From a virus (lineage: Duplodnaviria > Caudoviricetes): DNA of 46,130 nt. Numbering within the stretch: position 1 is the stretch's first letter; every line of letters begins with the position of its first letter. This document shows positions 44,681 through 46,130 of the stretch, one piece after another. Below the pieces are notes generated by a model. That model did not search any database and was not told the origin of the DNA. It saw only the letters and a list, made by a program, of their open reading frames with translations. The position numbers were made by a program, and so were the translations under genes. The DNA lies in the IMG/VR virus record IMGVR_UViG_3300009678_000075, positions 1 through 46,130 of that record; one strand, given 5' to 3'.

Positions 44681-45262
44681 TTATTTCTTCGGAAGTTCCT
44701 TCCAGGAAACGACGCTAAACCTTCCGAACGGTCCGCCTTTTTCAGGGCGGAAATCGCCAAGCCCGAGTTGCTGTCCACCCTCAACTAAAAGTTTGTGAAC
44801 AAAATCCGTCGGCAGAATCTTCTCATTGATCTCCAATGTGAATTTAGTGCTCCAGCAGTCGTGCCGCGGGCGGTGACGCATCACTCGACCCTTGGTTGCT
44901 GGGATGACTACAGGACGGGAATCAACCTCGAAATCTTTGATCGGTGTTTTTCCGTCTCCGTTTGTAAGAACTAAAATTTCTTCATTAACGATAACCGCGG
45001 CTGGGACTGAGTATTTGGCAGATTTTCTCGTTCCGACGAGTTTGTGATTTCCGCCCGCCTCTCGCAGTAGTCGTGCTATGGATGCACCTGGGTGATAGCA
45101 GGTGCCGTCTTTCATGCGATAGGAGCACTTCTCGGCTTCGTCGCGTGGGATACGCTCTTCGACGACGGCGGCGCGGGTTGAGGATCGCGCTTCGGCGGAC
45201 TCGCTGAAGCGGTGTTGGATCAGGGACGATAAACCCTGGATTGTTGCGGTGAACGTTTTCAA
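44681..45262 (-). CDS. Stand-alone RAMP/Cas7-like protein (VIPR-like effector), 193 aa
   Basis: First strand FTATIQGLSSLIQH, helix motif YHPGASIARLLREA (compare IPGSSLKG in Csm3/Cmr4) and C-terminal Gly-rich loop GLGDFRPEKGGPFGRFSV. TTG start coupled to the upstream TGA. Flanked by pentamer arrays. Confidence 0.75.
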   Translation of the reverse strand: MKTFTATIQGLSSLIQHRFSESAEARSSTRAAVVEERIPRDEAEKCSYRMKDGTCYHPGASIARLLREAGGNHKLVGTRKSAKYSVPAAVIVNEEILVLTNGDGKTPIKDFEVDSRPVVIPATKGRVMRHRPRHDCWSTKFTLEINEKILPTDFVHKLLVEGGQQLGLGDFRPEKGGPFGRFSVVSWKELPKK

Positions 45263-45459
45263 TGTGTTGATGTTTTGATGTTTACTAACTGGGAAAACTT
45301 TGTATCTCCCGGAAATGCTATGTGGAATTCGTCATCGAATTGCTTGAACCAGTCTTTGGCTAATGACTCTGGTGTGGCTTTTTGATTGGTTCGTTTACGG
45401 AAGCTCGAGCAACCGTTTGAATCCCACCCTTTGTATTCGATGATTTGACCTGTTCTCAT
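45259..45459 (-). CDS. Small hypothetical protein (66 aa) coupled to the RAMP-like gene
   Basis: MRTGQIIEYKGWDSNG...; ATG follows the array end TTAACACTCACACA; its stop overlaps the TTG of the next gene. Confidence 0.5.
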   Translation of the reverse strand: MRTGQIIEYKGWDSNGCSSFRKRTNQKATPESLAKDWFKQFDDEFHIAFPGDTKFSQLVNIKTSTH

Positions 45460-45475
45460 TGTGTGAGTGTTAAGA

Positions 45476-46130
45476 GCCTTGCCTTGCTGAGACCTGACAC
45501 GCCTTGCCAAGCCATGCCCGGCACGGCACTTCCGTGCCCGGCCATGCCTTGAGAAAGTTGGACCTTGCCTTGCCTGGCCATACCATGCTCCGCAAAGCCT
45601 CGCATCGCTTCGCCCAGCCATGCCTCGACCTGCCTTTGAAAGTGGAACCTTGCCATGCCCGGCCAGACCGCGCTTCGCCTCGCCCGGCTCGGCCTCGCAC
45701 CGATGAGCCGCGCCGAGCCATGCCGCGCCGCGCCGAGCCAGGCCATGCTTCGCCTCGAGAAAGTGGTAACCCTGCCTTGCCGCGCTGTGACATGCCATGC
45801 ATCGCCATGCCGTGCAGCGCCCCGCATCGGCGGAGCAACGCTTCGCCCAGCCGTGCAGCGCCATGCCTCGCAAGGCATAGCCACGACTCGAAAATTGGAA
45901 CCTCGCCATGCCTCGCCTTGCCGCGCCGAGCCGGTCCTTGCCCAGCCTTGCCAAGCGACGCCTGGCCATGCCGTGCAGCGCCAAGCCAGGCCTCGTACCG
46001 CCATGCCGCGCAGCGAATCGCCTCCGACCGCACTGCCACGCCGCGTGAAATTGGTAACCTTGCCTGGCCTCGCCCAGCATCGCTTCGCAACGACTCGACT
46101 TGCTTCACTCCGCCTCGCAAAGCCATTCCA
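45476..46130 (-). ncRNA. GGC-NN pentamer array upstream of the RAMP-like gene (at least 6 units, runs off the window)
   Basis: Same 5-nt register, with separators GGTT(C/A)CCA(A/C)TTTC-like at 45554-45564, 45638-45649, 45759-45771, 45890-45902 and 46047-46059. Confidence 0.75.

Noticed and set aside
44204-46126. Long Arg/Gly/Ala/Trp-rich ORFs in several frames over the pentamer arrays, including the 5' extensions of 43584..44462 and 45259..46080
   Set aside because: GGC-NN repeats rarely create stop codons, so several frames on both strands stay open. A 5-nt period is not a codon pattern, and better starts exist at 44207 and 45459.
44233-46130. Classical CRISPR array
   Set aside because: There are no 25-45-bp identical repeats with unique spacers, the inter-separator segments are themselves periodic, and no cas1, cas2 or cas6 is present.
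1-46130. tRNA, rRNA, integrase, transposase, DGR reverse transcriptase, endolysin or holin
   Set aside because: I saw no recognisable motifs; such genes may lie outside the window. Stop-codon reassignment is not needed, since genes read normally in code 11.

Overview
A 46-kb piece of a tailed dsDNA phage genome with a podovirus/P22-like virion gene set. The host is probably Verrucomicrobia, inferred from two VPDSG-CTERM sorting signals. Both ends are cut: a giant gene runs off the left edge and a repeat array runs off the right edge. From 27.7 kb to base 1, a minus-strand block encodes major capsid, a Gly-rich fibre with a signal peptide, large terminase, a glycosyl-/methyltransferase cluster, an embedded replication module (initiator with iterons, DnaB), portal, scaffold, tail and ejection proteins, and a >1100-aa virion protein with an adenine methyltransferase domain that the ORF track missed. 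A compositionally odd, mostly non-coding divergence zone (29.5-31.1 kb) precedes a plus-strand cluster of small early genes separated by four related bistable RNA hairpins. Many small accessory genes follow (35.4-44.2 kb). The most striking feature is at the right end: a stand-alone 193-aa RAMP/Cas7-like gene flanked by non-coding arrays of GGC-NN pentamers, divided into at least 11 units by a conserved GGTTCCA(A/C)TTT motif. This is a candidate RNA-guided system with a non-contiguous dinucleotide code (VIPR-like), with no CRISPR array or other cas gene in the window. All calls come from motif recognition by eye; no searches were run.
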